A stretch of 64,000 nucleotides of DNA from sequence record SRR2962707_1122; one strand, 5' to 3'. The notes under the pieces were generated by a model. The model had not been told where the DNA came from. It searched no databases and saw only the letters and a program-made list of their open reading frames with translations. The position numbers and the translations under genes are program-made. Of this stretch, positions 30,687 through 39,728 are shown in pieces. Numbering within the stretch: the first letter of the stretch is position 1; every line of letters starts with the position of its first letter.

Positions 30687-31978
30687 GGCGCTGCTGTCCC
30701 CATGACAAAATTAGGAAGCCACAGAGTGATGATTGGAAAGGCCGAAATCAGCACAAGTGCTACAAATGGTGGGATTAACAATGGCAGGATCGCTACGGCC
30801 AGGCGCTCAAATTTCACGCCGGACACTGCAGACATCAGGTAGAGCCCGACGCCTAAGGGCGGCGTCGCAATCCCGATCAGCAAGGCCAACGTGATGATCA
30901 TACCAAACTGCACACGGTCGATGCCAAAGGCATCCGCAGCGGGCAACAAGAGCGGTAACAGAATGATTTTGGCAGGCGTCGCTTCCATGAAGCAGCCGAT
31001 CACGATCAGAAGCCCAACGACGAAAACAAGGAACATCGCGCGCCCGTTGATCGCATCTAGAAAGCCCGACGCAAACGCCTGTGGCACTTGTTCAAAGGCG
31101 AAAAGCCATCCCATAGTCTGCGACGCGCCGATGATCATCATGATCAAAGCTGAAAGCATCGCGCTTTCGACCAAAGCCGTCCACAGCATTTGGAAGTTCA
31201 CAACACGGTAGGCCAGTCCAACGATCAGCGTATAAACGCAGGCGATAACGCCAGCTTCGGTGGCAGTTGCAAAGCCAAAGATGATGGCTCCGAGAATGAT
31301 GCCAGGCGCAACAAGGGCGGGCAAACCTTCGAGAATGGCCCGGCGGAATGACGCCATTGTCGCGGGGGCCTCTCGGGGCATCGGCTGAAAGATGCACAAG
31401 ACACGGATATAGGCGATGAAGGAGAGCGCCACGAGAATACCGGGCACGATCCCTGCAAGAAACAGCCGGGCAACGGACTCGTTTGCCAACCAAGCGTAGA
31501 CGATAAGGCTGATCGACGGAGGCACTATCGGGCCGACCAACGATGTCGCAACAGTCAAGGCAGCCGCGAATTCGTGGCTATATCCCCGTTCGCGCATTGC
31601 TTTGACTTCGATCTGACCAAGCCCAGCGATATCAGCTGTTGCGGCACCTGAAACGCCGGCAAAGATCAATGACGCGATGACGTTCACGTAAGCAAGGCCA
31701 GCCTGTACGCTGCCGACTAAAGCCAGCGCAAAGTTAAAGATCTTGTCGGTCATACCGACGGCGTTCATCAGATTTCCGGCCAGAATAAAGAACGGGATAG
31801 CAAGCAGAGCAGGTTTGCTGGCGCCGTCGATGATCTGCTGCGGAAAGACCAGCGCAAAATCAAGCAGACCGGCCCAATAAAGACCAGCGACGGTGCCAGC
31901 CCCAATAGCAATGGTTACCGACACACCAAGGAGCATCAGCACCATGAAACATCCGATGACAACGAGGCCTAGAGTCAT
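30683..31978 (-). CDS. dctM: TRAP large permease
   Basis: LLAIPFFILAGNLM, GVSGAATAD, GPIVPPS, TPPLG. Confidence 0.93.
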   Translation of the reverse strand: MTLGLVVIGCFMVLMLLGVSVTIAIGAGTVAGLYWAGLLDFALVFPQQIIDGASKPALLAIPFFILAGNLMNAVGMTDKIFNFALALVGSVQAGLAYVNVIASLIFAGVSGAATADIAGLGQIEVKAMRERGYSHEFAAALTVATSLVGPIVPPSISLIVYAWLANESVARLFLAGIVPGILVALSFIAYIRVLCIFQPMPREAPATMASFRRAILEGLPALVAPGIILGAIIFGFATATEAGVIACVYTLIVGLAYRVVNFQMLWTALVESAMLSALIMMIIGASQTMGWLFAFEQVPQAFASGFLDAINGRAMFLVFVVGLLIVIGCFMEATPAKIILLPLLLPAADAFGIDRVQFGMIITLALLIGIATPPLGVGLYLMSAVSGVKFERLAVAILPLLIPPFVALVLISAFPIITLWLPNFVMGTAAP

Positions 31979-32512
31979 TTAGCGCGCCTTATCTAATGGG
32001 TCACGAGAGTGAGCAGAATTGAAGGGGATCACTTCTCCGGTCGCGACCAACAGAGCGTGAAGTGCAAAATGAATGGAGAGGCAGGTTGCCGAGAGAAAAA
32101 GGGGGAGACTGCCAACGTAAATAGGCAATGCAATTGATTCCATGTTTCCGGTCTGCATCGCAAAGAGCTGCGTTGCGGGCGAGAGCACCATGTACATAAA
32201 GATCAGACCGGTCACATCAGCGGCAATTGCCAAAGCTTGACGAATGATCAACGGCAGTCTTGTTGCGATGAGATCAACAACAACGTCCCGGTTTGCGCGT
32301 ACATAGACAAAGAATCCGAGGCAGACCATCCAAACGAACATAAGAATCGTCCAGTGGAAAACCCAGTCAAACGCGCCGCCCAAGAAGGATCGGAAGATAA
32401 TGTTGACCGTGTTTATGGCCAACATAACTAATAGTAACAGGGCGATTGCGGCTTTAAACACCGCCGCAATCGCGTCCAAAGTCACTCCAATTCTGGAGAG
32501 AATCTCTGACAT
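31979..32512 (-). CDS. dctQ: TRAP small permease
   Basis: Four TM segments, located between dctP and dctM. Confidence 0.85.
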   Translation of the reverse strand: MSEILSRIGVTLDAIAAVFKAAIALLLLVMLAINTVNIIFRSFLGGAFDWVFHWTILMFVWMVCLGFFVYVRANRDVVVDLIATRLPLIIRQALAIAADVTGLIFMYMVLSPATQLFAMQTGNMESIALPIYVGSLPLFLSATCLSIHFALHALLVATGEVIPFNSAHSRDPLDKAR

Positions 32513-33513
32513 CAGTTCGCGCTTTGCCGTGCTGCTTCAACAGCTTCAATCAAACCTTCTGGCAGTTCGCCAGCTTCTGCACGTTCTGCATAAAGTGCGG
32601 CCGTCTTGGCAACAATTGGCGTGGTGTCGAAACTGTCGGAATAGGTGACGCCGTCCAAAGCTTTGAGCCGCTCAATGGTCGCATCCGCGCCAGAGAAGAT
32701 TTCGTTCCAAGCAAAGGCCGATGCATCAGCATGGGCTTTCACCAGCGCGTCCTGGTTCGCTTCTGACAGGCCTTCAAATGCCTTATTGTTCATCATGAAC
32801 GCAATAGCCTGAGGATATTCGTCGGTTCGCACAATGTTGGGCGCAACTTCGTAGAAGCGCGTAGACTCAATGAGCTCAAGCGGCGACGTGACAGCGTTCA
32901 CAATGTTGCGGTTGATTGCGTCATAGACTTCGCCCCAGGGCAAAACCACAACTTCTGCGCCCAGGTTTTCCCAAACGTCGATAACCAGTTGGCTGTTGAA
33001 CTGACGGATGCCTTTTCCGTCAATGTCGTCGGCGGTTTCGATAGGATCGACGGTCAGAAGGGTTCGGAACGATCCACGTGGGAATGCAGGTGCGTCACCC
33101 AGAACGGATATACCAGAAGCTTCGGTTACGTTGCCCAGCCAGCCTTGAACCAGATCGCCCCGAATGAAAGTCGCCCAGTGATCGTAGTCATCAAACATGA
33201 AAGGCGCAGAGGCGTAGCGAATATTCTCTTCCCAGCGGGCAAGGAATGTCATCGCCGAAGGCGCCAATTGGATCACACCTCCGCTGAGCTGTTCGACCAC
33301 GGCGTCCATCTTGCCGATCTGCGAGTTCGGGAAAATCTTGATGGACATGTCACCGTCTGAGTATTCAGCCGCCTTTTCGGCGAAAAGCTCATAGGCGCGA
33401 CCTTCGATACTGTCAGGGGAGACCTGAGAACTGAGCCGCCAGGTTTCGGCAGCGGCAGGAAGTGCGAGGGTGGCCATAATGGCCACAGAGGCAAAGCGGG
33501 TTAAATGTGACAT
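32512..33513 (-). CDS. dctP: TRAP substrate-binding protein
   Basis: Signal peptide MSHLTRF..., IFPNSQIG, GKGIR, LPWGEVY; AGGAG RBS. Confidence 0.9.
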   Translation of the reverse strand: MSHLTRFASVAIMATLALPAAAETWRLSSQVSPDSIEGRAYELFAEKAAEYSDGDMSIKIFPNSQIGKMDAVVEQLSGGVIQLAPSAMTFLARWEENIRYASAPFMFDDYDHWATFIRGDLVQGWLGNVTEASGISVLGDAPAFPRGSFRTLLTVDPIETADDIDGKGIRQFNSQLVIDVWENLGAEVVVLPWGEVYDAINRNIVNAVTSPLELIESTRFYEVAPNIVRTDEYPQAIAFMMNNKAFEGLSEANQDALVKAHADASAFAWNEIFSGADATIERLKALDGVTYSDSFDTTPIVAKTAALYAERAEAGELPEGLIEAVEAARQSAN

Positions 33514-33583
33514 CTGTTTTCTCCTGTGAGATCTGAAATCCAGACTTGCAACTATCTTCATATAGCATAATAGTAGGCCTATC

Positions 33584-34564
33584 ATGTCAACAGAAAATAA
33601 TAAAAGATTTGACCTCAAGGTCCTCGAAGCATTCCATGCGGCCATGTCTTGTGGGTCCATGACCCAAGCGGCAGAGCATCTTGGTATCGGTCAACCCGCC
33701 GTAACCAGGATGATCAAAGAGCTCGAGGTCTCTGTCGGATTTCAACTTTTCCATCGGAACGGACCACGGATTTCACCCACGGATCGTGGATTGAAATTCC
33801 ATGAAGAGGTCGAGCGTATCGTTGCGGGGGTTCGTCAAATTGGTCAGCGGGCCGAGGCAATCCGAAAAGAACGGGTGGCCTCTATCGATATTGCTGCGAC
33901 GCCAACAATGGCGGGCGGTTTACTGGGGCCATCCCTGTCCGGTTTAGGTGCGGCATTGCCGGATCACGTGCATGTGCAAACCATGAGTGCCGAATACGTT
34001 ATTCGTGCGTTACGCAGTCGGACGGCTGATTTCGGAATTGCCGCCAACCCCATTGATCACGCAGGGTTAGCGCGTCATGTGGTCTGTTCTTCCCGCCTGG
34101 TGGCTGCTGTGGCGGAAACGTCGCCATATGCCAAGAGCACAGCGCCGCTGCCCTTGTCTGTCTTTCGAGATGAGCGACTGGTTACCGTCGGCAATGCCGT
34201 TAGAATTCGCCATACAATCGATACAGAACTCAGCGGTTTAGGGATCGTTCCACAAACGGAGTTTGCCACGAACTCATCCCTGAATGCGGTTATGGCCGCA
34301 CGATCCGGGCTTGGTGTCGCGATTGTGGACCCAGTCACCGCATACGGTATTCCCGTCAAGGGAGTGAAGATTGTCCCGCTCGAAACTGAAATGCCATACG
34401 TCTGGGAGCTTTTGAGCGGTGCAGATCGTGTATTGACGGCCCCTTTAACCGAATTCATCGAAGCATTCCGAAATGCTTGTCTTGAGACCGTTCCCGATTG
34501 CGTTGTTCAGGGAGCGAAAGGACAAGATGAGGTCGCCGCTCTTCAAAAGAAAACGAAAGGATAG
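33584..34564 (+). CDS. LysR family regulator
   Basis: GSMTQAAEHLGIGQPAVTRMIKELE. Confidence 0.92.
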   Translation: MSTENNKRFDLKVLEAFHAAMSCGSMTQAAEHLGIGQPAVTRMIKELEVSVGFQLFHRNGPRISPTDRGLKFHEEVERIVAGVRQIGQRAEAIRKERVASIDIAATPTMAGGLLGPSLSGLGAALPDHVHVQTMSAEYVIRALRSRTADFGIAANPIDHAGLARHVVCSSRLVAAVAETSPYAKSTAPLPLSVFRDERLVTVGNAVRIRHTIDTELSGLGIVPQTEFATNSSLNAVMAARSGLGVAIVDPVTAYGIPVKGVKIVPLETEMPYVWELLSGADRVLTAPLTEFIEAFRNACLETVPDCVVQGAKGQDEVAALQKKTKG

Positions 34565-34569
34565 GGCGC

Positions 34570-36015
34570 ATGAGCCATCTTTCTGGCCTTCCCGCATTAG
34601 AGGAAGAGTTGATCCGGCAGCGGGAGTTGCTCAACTTACCACCGAAAGCATGGATGCCGGAAACCAAAGGGCCCAATGGTGAAGACGTGCTTGACGTTTT
34701 GATCGTCGGCGCTGGGCTTTGTGGTCTGGTGGCAAATGCGGCTCTTGCCATGGATGGGATAACAAATGTTCGTTTGTTGGATCGCGCGCCAAAAGGGCTT
34801 GAGGGCCCTTGGATCACCTATGCGCGGATGGATACGCTCCGCACGATAAAAGAAGCGGCCGGGCCAGCGTTGGGCATTCCTGCGCTGACATTCCGAGCGT
34901 GGTTCGAGGCTCAATGGGGCGACAAAGCCTGGCACGAGATGAACCTGGCACCCCGCCAGATGTGGATGGGCTACATGCTCTGGTATCGCAAGATGACCAA
35001 GCCGGATGTCGTGAACAACTGTGAGGTTTCGGCAATTCTGCCGTTTGGAACGTTATTCCGGGTTCAGACAAGCAGGGGTGAAATGTTGGCGCGCCGCGTG
35101 GTGCTCGCGACAGGATTGGATGCTCTTGGCGCACCAAAATTGCCAGAGGTGGCCCGTGGCCTGGAGACAGGTAAAGTATATCATTCAGCTGATGTTTTTG
35201 ATCCTGCCAGCCTAAAAGGAAAGCGCGTGATTGTCGTGGGGGCAGGGGCCTCTGCGATGGATAATGCGGCAACAGCACTTGAAGCTGGCTGCGCGCGCAT
35301 GGATCTTCTTGTGCGCCGCAAGGCGATTCCAACGATCGATAAGTTTACGGGCACCGGATCCCGCGGCATGACGGCAGGGTTCGTTGCCTTGGACGACACC
35401 GAAAAATGGGCGTTGATGAACGAAGGTGACCGTTTTCCAGTGCCGCCGCCCGCGCATTCCGTCGCGCGCGTCGCGAAACATAGCAATGCCTATCTTCACG
35501 TAGGGTCGCCTGTCGAGGCGATCGAGGAAACGCCCGGTGGCTTGCGGGTAAAAACACCTAAGGGCGACCTGGAAACAGACGTTATGATCTTTGCGACAGG
35601 TTTTGGAATCGCCCCTAGCGAGCGGTCGGAATTATCAGAATTTGCCCCGCATTTTTTGACTTGGGGGGATGTTGTCGGGCCAGAAAAAGCGGCTCAAAAC
35701 CCTACACTCTCTGGGCATCCTTATTTGCGAGATGATTTTACGTTCACTGAACGCTGCCCTGGTGACTGTCCCGGTCTTTCACGGTTGTTGTGCTTTGCCT
35801 ATGCGGCGGTACCAAGTCACGGCAAAGTCACCTCGGGTATTCCGTCGGCAAGCGAAGGCGCGCGCCGTCTATCTTCTGGGTTGGTGCGATCCTTCTTTGC
35901 TGAAGACAGCGCAGTTCACCTCGACCGTTTCCACAGCTATGAAACGCCCGATTTTACTGCGGATGCATGGCCCGCAGTGGAAGCCACTTTAGAAAACGAT
36001 GGACCAATCCGATGA
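34570..36015 (+). CDS. FAD/NAD(P)H-dependent flavoprotein monooxygenase, HpyO-like family
   Basis: IVGAGLCG, EGPWITYARMDTLRT, GPALGIPALTFRAWFEAQ, VVLATG, second VGAGASAMD motif, FATGF. Confidence 0.78.
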   Translation: MSHLSGLPALEEELIRQRELLNLPPKAWMPETKGPNGEDVLDVLIVGAGLCGLVANAALAMDGITNVRLLDRAPKGLEGPWITYARMDTLRTIKEAAGPALGIPALTFRAWFEAQWGDKAWHEMNLAPRQMWMGYMLWYRKMTKPDVVNNCEVSAILPFGTLFRVQTSRGEMLARRVVLATGLDALGAPKLPEVARGLETGKVYHSADVFDPASLKGKRVIVVGAGASAMDNAATALEAGCARMDLLVRRKAIPTIDKFTGTGSRGMTAGFVALDDTEKWALMNEGDRFPVPPPAHSVARVAKHSNAYLHVGSPVEAIEETPGGLRVKTPKGDLETDVMIFATGFGIAPSERSELSEFAPHFLTWGDVVGPEKAAQNPTLSGHPYLRDDFTFTERCPGDCPGLSRLLCFAYAAVPSHGKVTSGIPSASEGARRLSSGLVRSFFAEDSAVHLDRFHSYETPDFTADAWPAVEATLENDGPIR

Positions 36016-37007
36016 CCGATTCCAACCTCCACAACAGCTCCCTCGTAATCGATGCTCTGCAATGCTCTGATTTCAATAGAGATTTGCTATTAGACGCCCA
36101 GAAAGGCGGGATTACCGCTATCAACGCCTCTTCTGTTCTATGGGAGAATTTCCGCGGCGGGATGGATTACGTCGCGATGTGGCGGCAAAAACTGGCTGAA
36201 AACGCCGATATCGCCATGCCGATCAGAACGACACAGGATATACTGAGCGCTAAGACGGAAGGGAAAGTAGGCATAATTCTGGGTTGGCAAAACACCTCTC
36301 CCATCGAAGATCGACTGGATAATTTTGCCACGTTCAAAGAGTTGGGGGTCAACATTATGCAGTTGACCTACAATACGCAAAACTTCTTTGGCGCGGGCTA
36401 TCTTGAAGGAAAAGACAGCGGTCTGACAGGTTTTGGACGTGAAGCGGTGGACGAGATGGCCAAATGCGGCGTTCTGATCGACCTTAGTCATGTGGGTATC
36501 CAGACGTCTCTTGATACAATTGACTATTCACGCAAGCCCGTTGCGATTACCCATTGCTTGCCCAGTGGGCTGTCCGATGTGCCACGCAATAAGCCAGGTG
36601 AAGTCTTCAAGGCCTGCGCTGCCAAGGGTGGTGTCATCGGGACATCTCTTTTTGCGCCGGGGCTGGCAAAAGGAAACGACGCGAATGTTCGCGACGTGAT
36701 TGATGCGTTGGAATTCACACTCAATCTTGTTGGCGAAGACCATGTCGCCTTTGGAACGGACTTTAATCACAATCGTCCGCGCCCGGGGCCTTGGCTTTTG
36801 TGGGCGAACAAGGACAAGGGAACGGGCCGAACTTTGGCCGAGTTTGGCTCAGCGAAGATCACCAAGCCCGAGGGCATTCGCCATAGCGGTGAATTCATGA
36901 ACCTAACCGTCGAAATGAAGCGACGGGGCTGGGACGACATTCGAATTGCCAAGATCCTTGGCGGCAATTGGATGCGTCTGTTTGAAGAGGTCTGGGCTGG
37001 GGAATAA
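36012..37007 (+). CDS. Peptidase M19 (membrane dipeptidase-like amidohydrolase), atypical subfamily
   Basis: QLTYN, DSGLTGFG, IDLSH, THC, PRNK, GTDF, ILGGNW; the N-terminal HxD motif is absent (IDALQ). Confidence 0.85.
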   Translation: MTDSNLHNSSLVIDALQCSDFNRDLLLDAQKGGITAINASSVLWENFRGGMDYVAMWRQKLAENADIAMPIRTTQDILSAKTEGKVGIILGWQNTSPIEDRLDNFATFKELGVNIMQLTYNTQNFFGAGYLEGKDSGLTGFGREAVDEMAKCGVLIDLSHVGIQTSLDTIDYSRKPVAITHCLPSGLSDVPRNKPGEVFKACAAKGGVIGTSLFAPGLAKGNDANVRDVIDALEFTLNLVGEDHVAFGTDFNHNRPRPGPWLLWANKDKGTGRTLAEFGSAKITKPEGIRHSGEFMNLTVEMKRRGWDDIRIAKILGGNWMRLFEEVWAGE

Positions 37008-37125
37008 TCGCCTTTCAGGGAACAAACCCAGAAGGTGCGCAATTTCGGCCGCACTGCCCGGGTTTCGAGCGCGCAATGTCAATGACTCAGAACTATGACA
37101 ACACGCTTCTGAGTCTTGTCGCCCC

Positions 37126-37629
37126 TTAAGGGTTTTGTGCCGTGTCGTGTAAAACGATGTTGAAACCCTCGTCCGGCGACGGCGGAACAAAATGCTTCGA
37201 AATCTGCAGGAATTGTTCCTGAGTGGCGGCAAAAGGATGATCCCCTTTCGCGTTGCGTGCCTGCAGTCGGGCGAGGCAAACCTCATCTGGTGTGTTCAGC
37301 ACGTGAAGCTGATGAGCGGCGTTGGTTTGCGCCAAAATGCTCTGCATCCACGCGCGCGTTTCAATTGTGTTTGCGGGAAAATCTAGGACAACCGAAATTC
37401 CGGCATTCAGTAAGGACGCAATGTGTGGCGCCATGATTTCGCGAAGTTTGGACGAACAGCGGACATAATCGGAAATCGAAGCCATCTGGTCGGCATAAAG
37501 CGCCGTTAACCAGTCGTCTTCGGCAATTACGATTGTTCCCTTTGCGCCGCAAAGTTGGGCCGTCAGTGTGGATTTTCCTGACGCGATTTTTCCGCATAGC
37601 AAATGGAGTGTAGGTGATTCTGGGGACAT
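37126..37629 (-). CDS. Small P-loop kinase/ATP-binding protein (AAA_33-like)
   Basis: LLCGKIASGKST, VVLDF, CLARLQARN. Confidence 0.8.
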   Translation of the reverse strand: MSPESPTLHLLCGKIASGKSTLTAQLCGAKGTIVIAEDDWLTALYADQMASISDYVRCSSKLREIMAPHIASLLNAGISVVLDFPANTIETRAWMQSILAQTNAAHQLHVLNTPDEVCLARLQARNAKGDHPFAATQEQFLQISKHFVPPSPDEGFNIVLHDTAQNP

Positions 37630-37739
37630 CAGAAGATCCTTACTTTGCGCACTCTTGTCGCCAAAAAACTAACCTCACATGCTGTGAAAGCCGTGATGGA
37701 ACTCATGTTTAACGGTCCTATGAATGGAGGCACTTAAGA

Positions 37740-38186
37740 CTAAGTGATTTTACCAAGAAGTCGCTGCAAGGTGTCTTTTTCCTTGTCTGTCAAAGGGGCA
37801 AGCGTTTCCTCTGTGACTTTGATCGCAGCTTGAACAGACAAATCTGCCAGTTCGATACCCTGATCCGTCAATGAAATCAGGCGGCGTCGACGGTCTTCTG
37901 GATCAGCATGCATTTGAAGCAATCCGCGTGCAATCAATCGATCCACAACGCCCTTTGTGGTGGCGGCGTCCATCGCGACTGAGCGGCCCAGTCGATTCTG
38001 AGACATTGGCCCTTCGTTAGCCAGGCGGAACATGATTGAGAACTGAGTCGTGGTCAGTTTACCCGGCACCAATTCTGCGAAAATGGTTGAATTGCGCTGA
38101 TAGGCTTTGCGAAGCAGAAAACCAATTTGCTCATCCAGCTCATACCCGTGGTCAGCACTGGTCATTGGCTTAGGAACAGTATTCAC
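37740..38186 (-). CDS. MarR family regulator, NicR-like
   Basis: EQIGFLLRKAYQR, LTTTQF, MDAATTKGVVDRL, DPEDRRR; resembles my recollection of P. putida NicR; last gene of the pyridine operon. Confidence 0.85.
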   Translation of the reverse strand: MNTVPKPMTSADHGYELDEQIGFLLRKAYQRNSTIFAELVPGKLTTTQFSIMFRLANEGPMSQNRLGRSVAMDAATTKGVVDRLIARGLLQMHADPEDRRRRLISLTDQGIELADLSVQAAIKVTEETLAPLTDKEKDTLQRLLGKIT

Positions 38187-38263
38187 GGGGGGATCCTCCA
38201 GCTTTTCAAAGCCACAGGAACTACATTAGCCGATCTTTGATGGCAATGCCCCCCACAAATTGC

Positions 38264-38965
38264 CTAAACCGACAGATATGCATCACGAATTTCGGGATGT
38301 GCTTCCAATTCGGCAAAACTGCCGTCGAACTTCTTTTCTCCGCTTTCAATGATGATCGCACGGTCAGCAACCGCGCGGGCAAAGTGCAGGTTTTGCTCGG
38401 AAATCACGACGGTCAGACCCTCAGACTTGAGCGTTTTTATGGTTTCAACCATTTGTTCCACAATGACGGGCGCAATACCTTCAGAAGGTTCGTCTAGCAA
38501 AAGAAGCGCAGGATTGCCCATCAGTGTTCGCGCGATCGTTAGCATCTGCTGTTCCCCGCCGGACATGTGTTTTCCTCGGTTTGTTCTGCGTTCGGACAGG
38601 TTCGGGAAAAGTTCAAACAGTTGGTCTACTGTCCATACCGGGGCATCGGCCCGCTTGGGTTGGCGCCCAACTTCGAGGTTCTCCATCACCGTCAGATCGC
38701 TAAAGATGCGGCGATCTTCGGGAACATAACCGATCCCATTTCTGGCCACGTGATACGAGGGCACGCCGACAAGCTCTTTGTCTAGGAAGGTCACGGATCC
38801 TGAACGCGGGCGCACCAGCTGCATCACTGATTTCATCGTGGTGGACTTCCCGGCACCGTTTCGACCCAGGAGCGCGACAACTTCACCGCGCCCAACCTCG
38901 AACGACAGGCCGTCTAGGATATGAGCCTTACCATAGTAGCTGTGGATACTCTGAATATTAAGCAT
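38264..38965 (-). CDS. Liv-type ABC ATP-binding protein (LivF-like)
   Basis: GRNGAGKS, MSGGEQQM, LDEPSEG. Confidence 0.92.
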   Translation of the reverse strand: MLNIQSIHSYYGKAHILDGLSFEVGRGEVVALLGRNGAGKSTTMKSVMQLVRPRSGSVTFLDKELVGVPSYHVARNGIGYVPEDRRIFSDLTVMENLEVGRQPKRADAPVWTVDQLFELFPNLSERRTNRGKHMSGGEQQMLTIARTLMGNPALLLLDEPSEGIAPVIVEQMVETIKTLKSEGLTVVISEQNLHFARAVADRAIIIESGEKKFDGSFAELEAHPEIRDAYLSV

Positions 38966-39728
38966 CTTTAGCTTCCTCAAACAATGTTCCGCCGCCCAAA
39001 TAAACTTCTTGAACCTGCGGATTATTTCTAACTTGAGTGGCATCACCGTCAGCGATTAGTTCGCCTCGGTTCAAAACCATGATGTGGTGCGAATGAGCAA
39101 ACACAACGTCCATGTCGTGTTCGGTAAACAGAACCGAAACACCCTGATCCCGGACAATGTCAGCCACAAGCTGCATCAGCTCAACCCGCGCCGTGGGGGC
39201 CATCCCCGCTGTGGGTTCATCCATCAGTAAAAGCCTCGGGCGATGGGTCAAAGCAATTGCCAGCTCAAGACGTTTGAGATCACCGTAAGCCAATATGGAG
39301 CAAGGGCGGTCTTTCTGGTCTTGCATGGAGACAGTCGTCAGGAACTCCAATGCTTCATCGCGATAAAGCTTCCACGCCCGAGAGCGGATGTCGAACAATC
39401 GCCGATGATGGCTCATCAATGCCATTTGGACGTTTTCGATAACTGTCATGGATTGATAGGTGCCCGTGATCTGGAACGTCCGCCCCACACCCTTGCGCCA
39501 GATTTCGCGGGGTTTCCGCCCCGTGATCAGCTCTCCATCCAGAAATACGTTGCCTGCTGTTGCCTTTAACTGCCCCATCAACATGTTGAAACAGGTGGAC
39601 TTGCCGGCTCCGTTCGGACCGATGAGCGCCTTTAACTCTCCGGGCATTACAGAAAACGACACATCGTTGACGGCCAAGAAGCCATCGTAACTTTTCTTCA
39701 GATTTTCTACGCGAAGGATCTCGGTCAT
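38958..39728 (-). CDS. Liv-type ABC ATP-binding protein (LivG-like)
   Basis: GPNGAGKS, LAYGDLKRLE, EHDMDVV, VQEVYLG. Confidence 0.92.
   Translation of the reverse strand: MTEILRVENLKKSYDGFLAVNDVSFSVMPGELKALIGPNGAGKSTCFNMLMGQLKATAGNVFLDGELITGRKPREIWRKGVGRTFQITGTYQSMTVIENVQMALMSHHRRLFDIRSRAWKLYRDEALEFLTTVSMQDQKDRPCSILAYGDLKRLELAIALTHRPRLLLMDEPTAGMAPTARVELMQLVADIVRDQGVSVLFTEHDMDVVFAHSHHIMVLNRGELIADGDATQVRNNPQVQEVYLGGGTLFEEAKDA

Noticed and set aside
34570-36015. Assigning hpyO (urate hydroxylase) function
   Set aside because: Family resemblance only; no purine catabolism genes in context.
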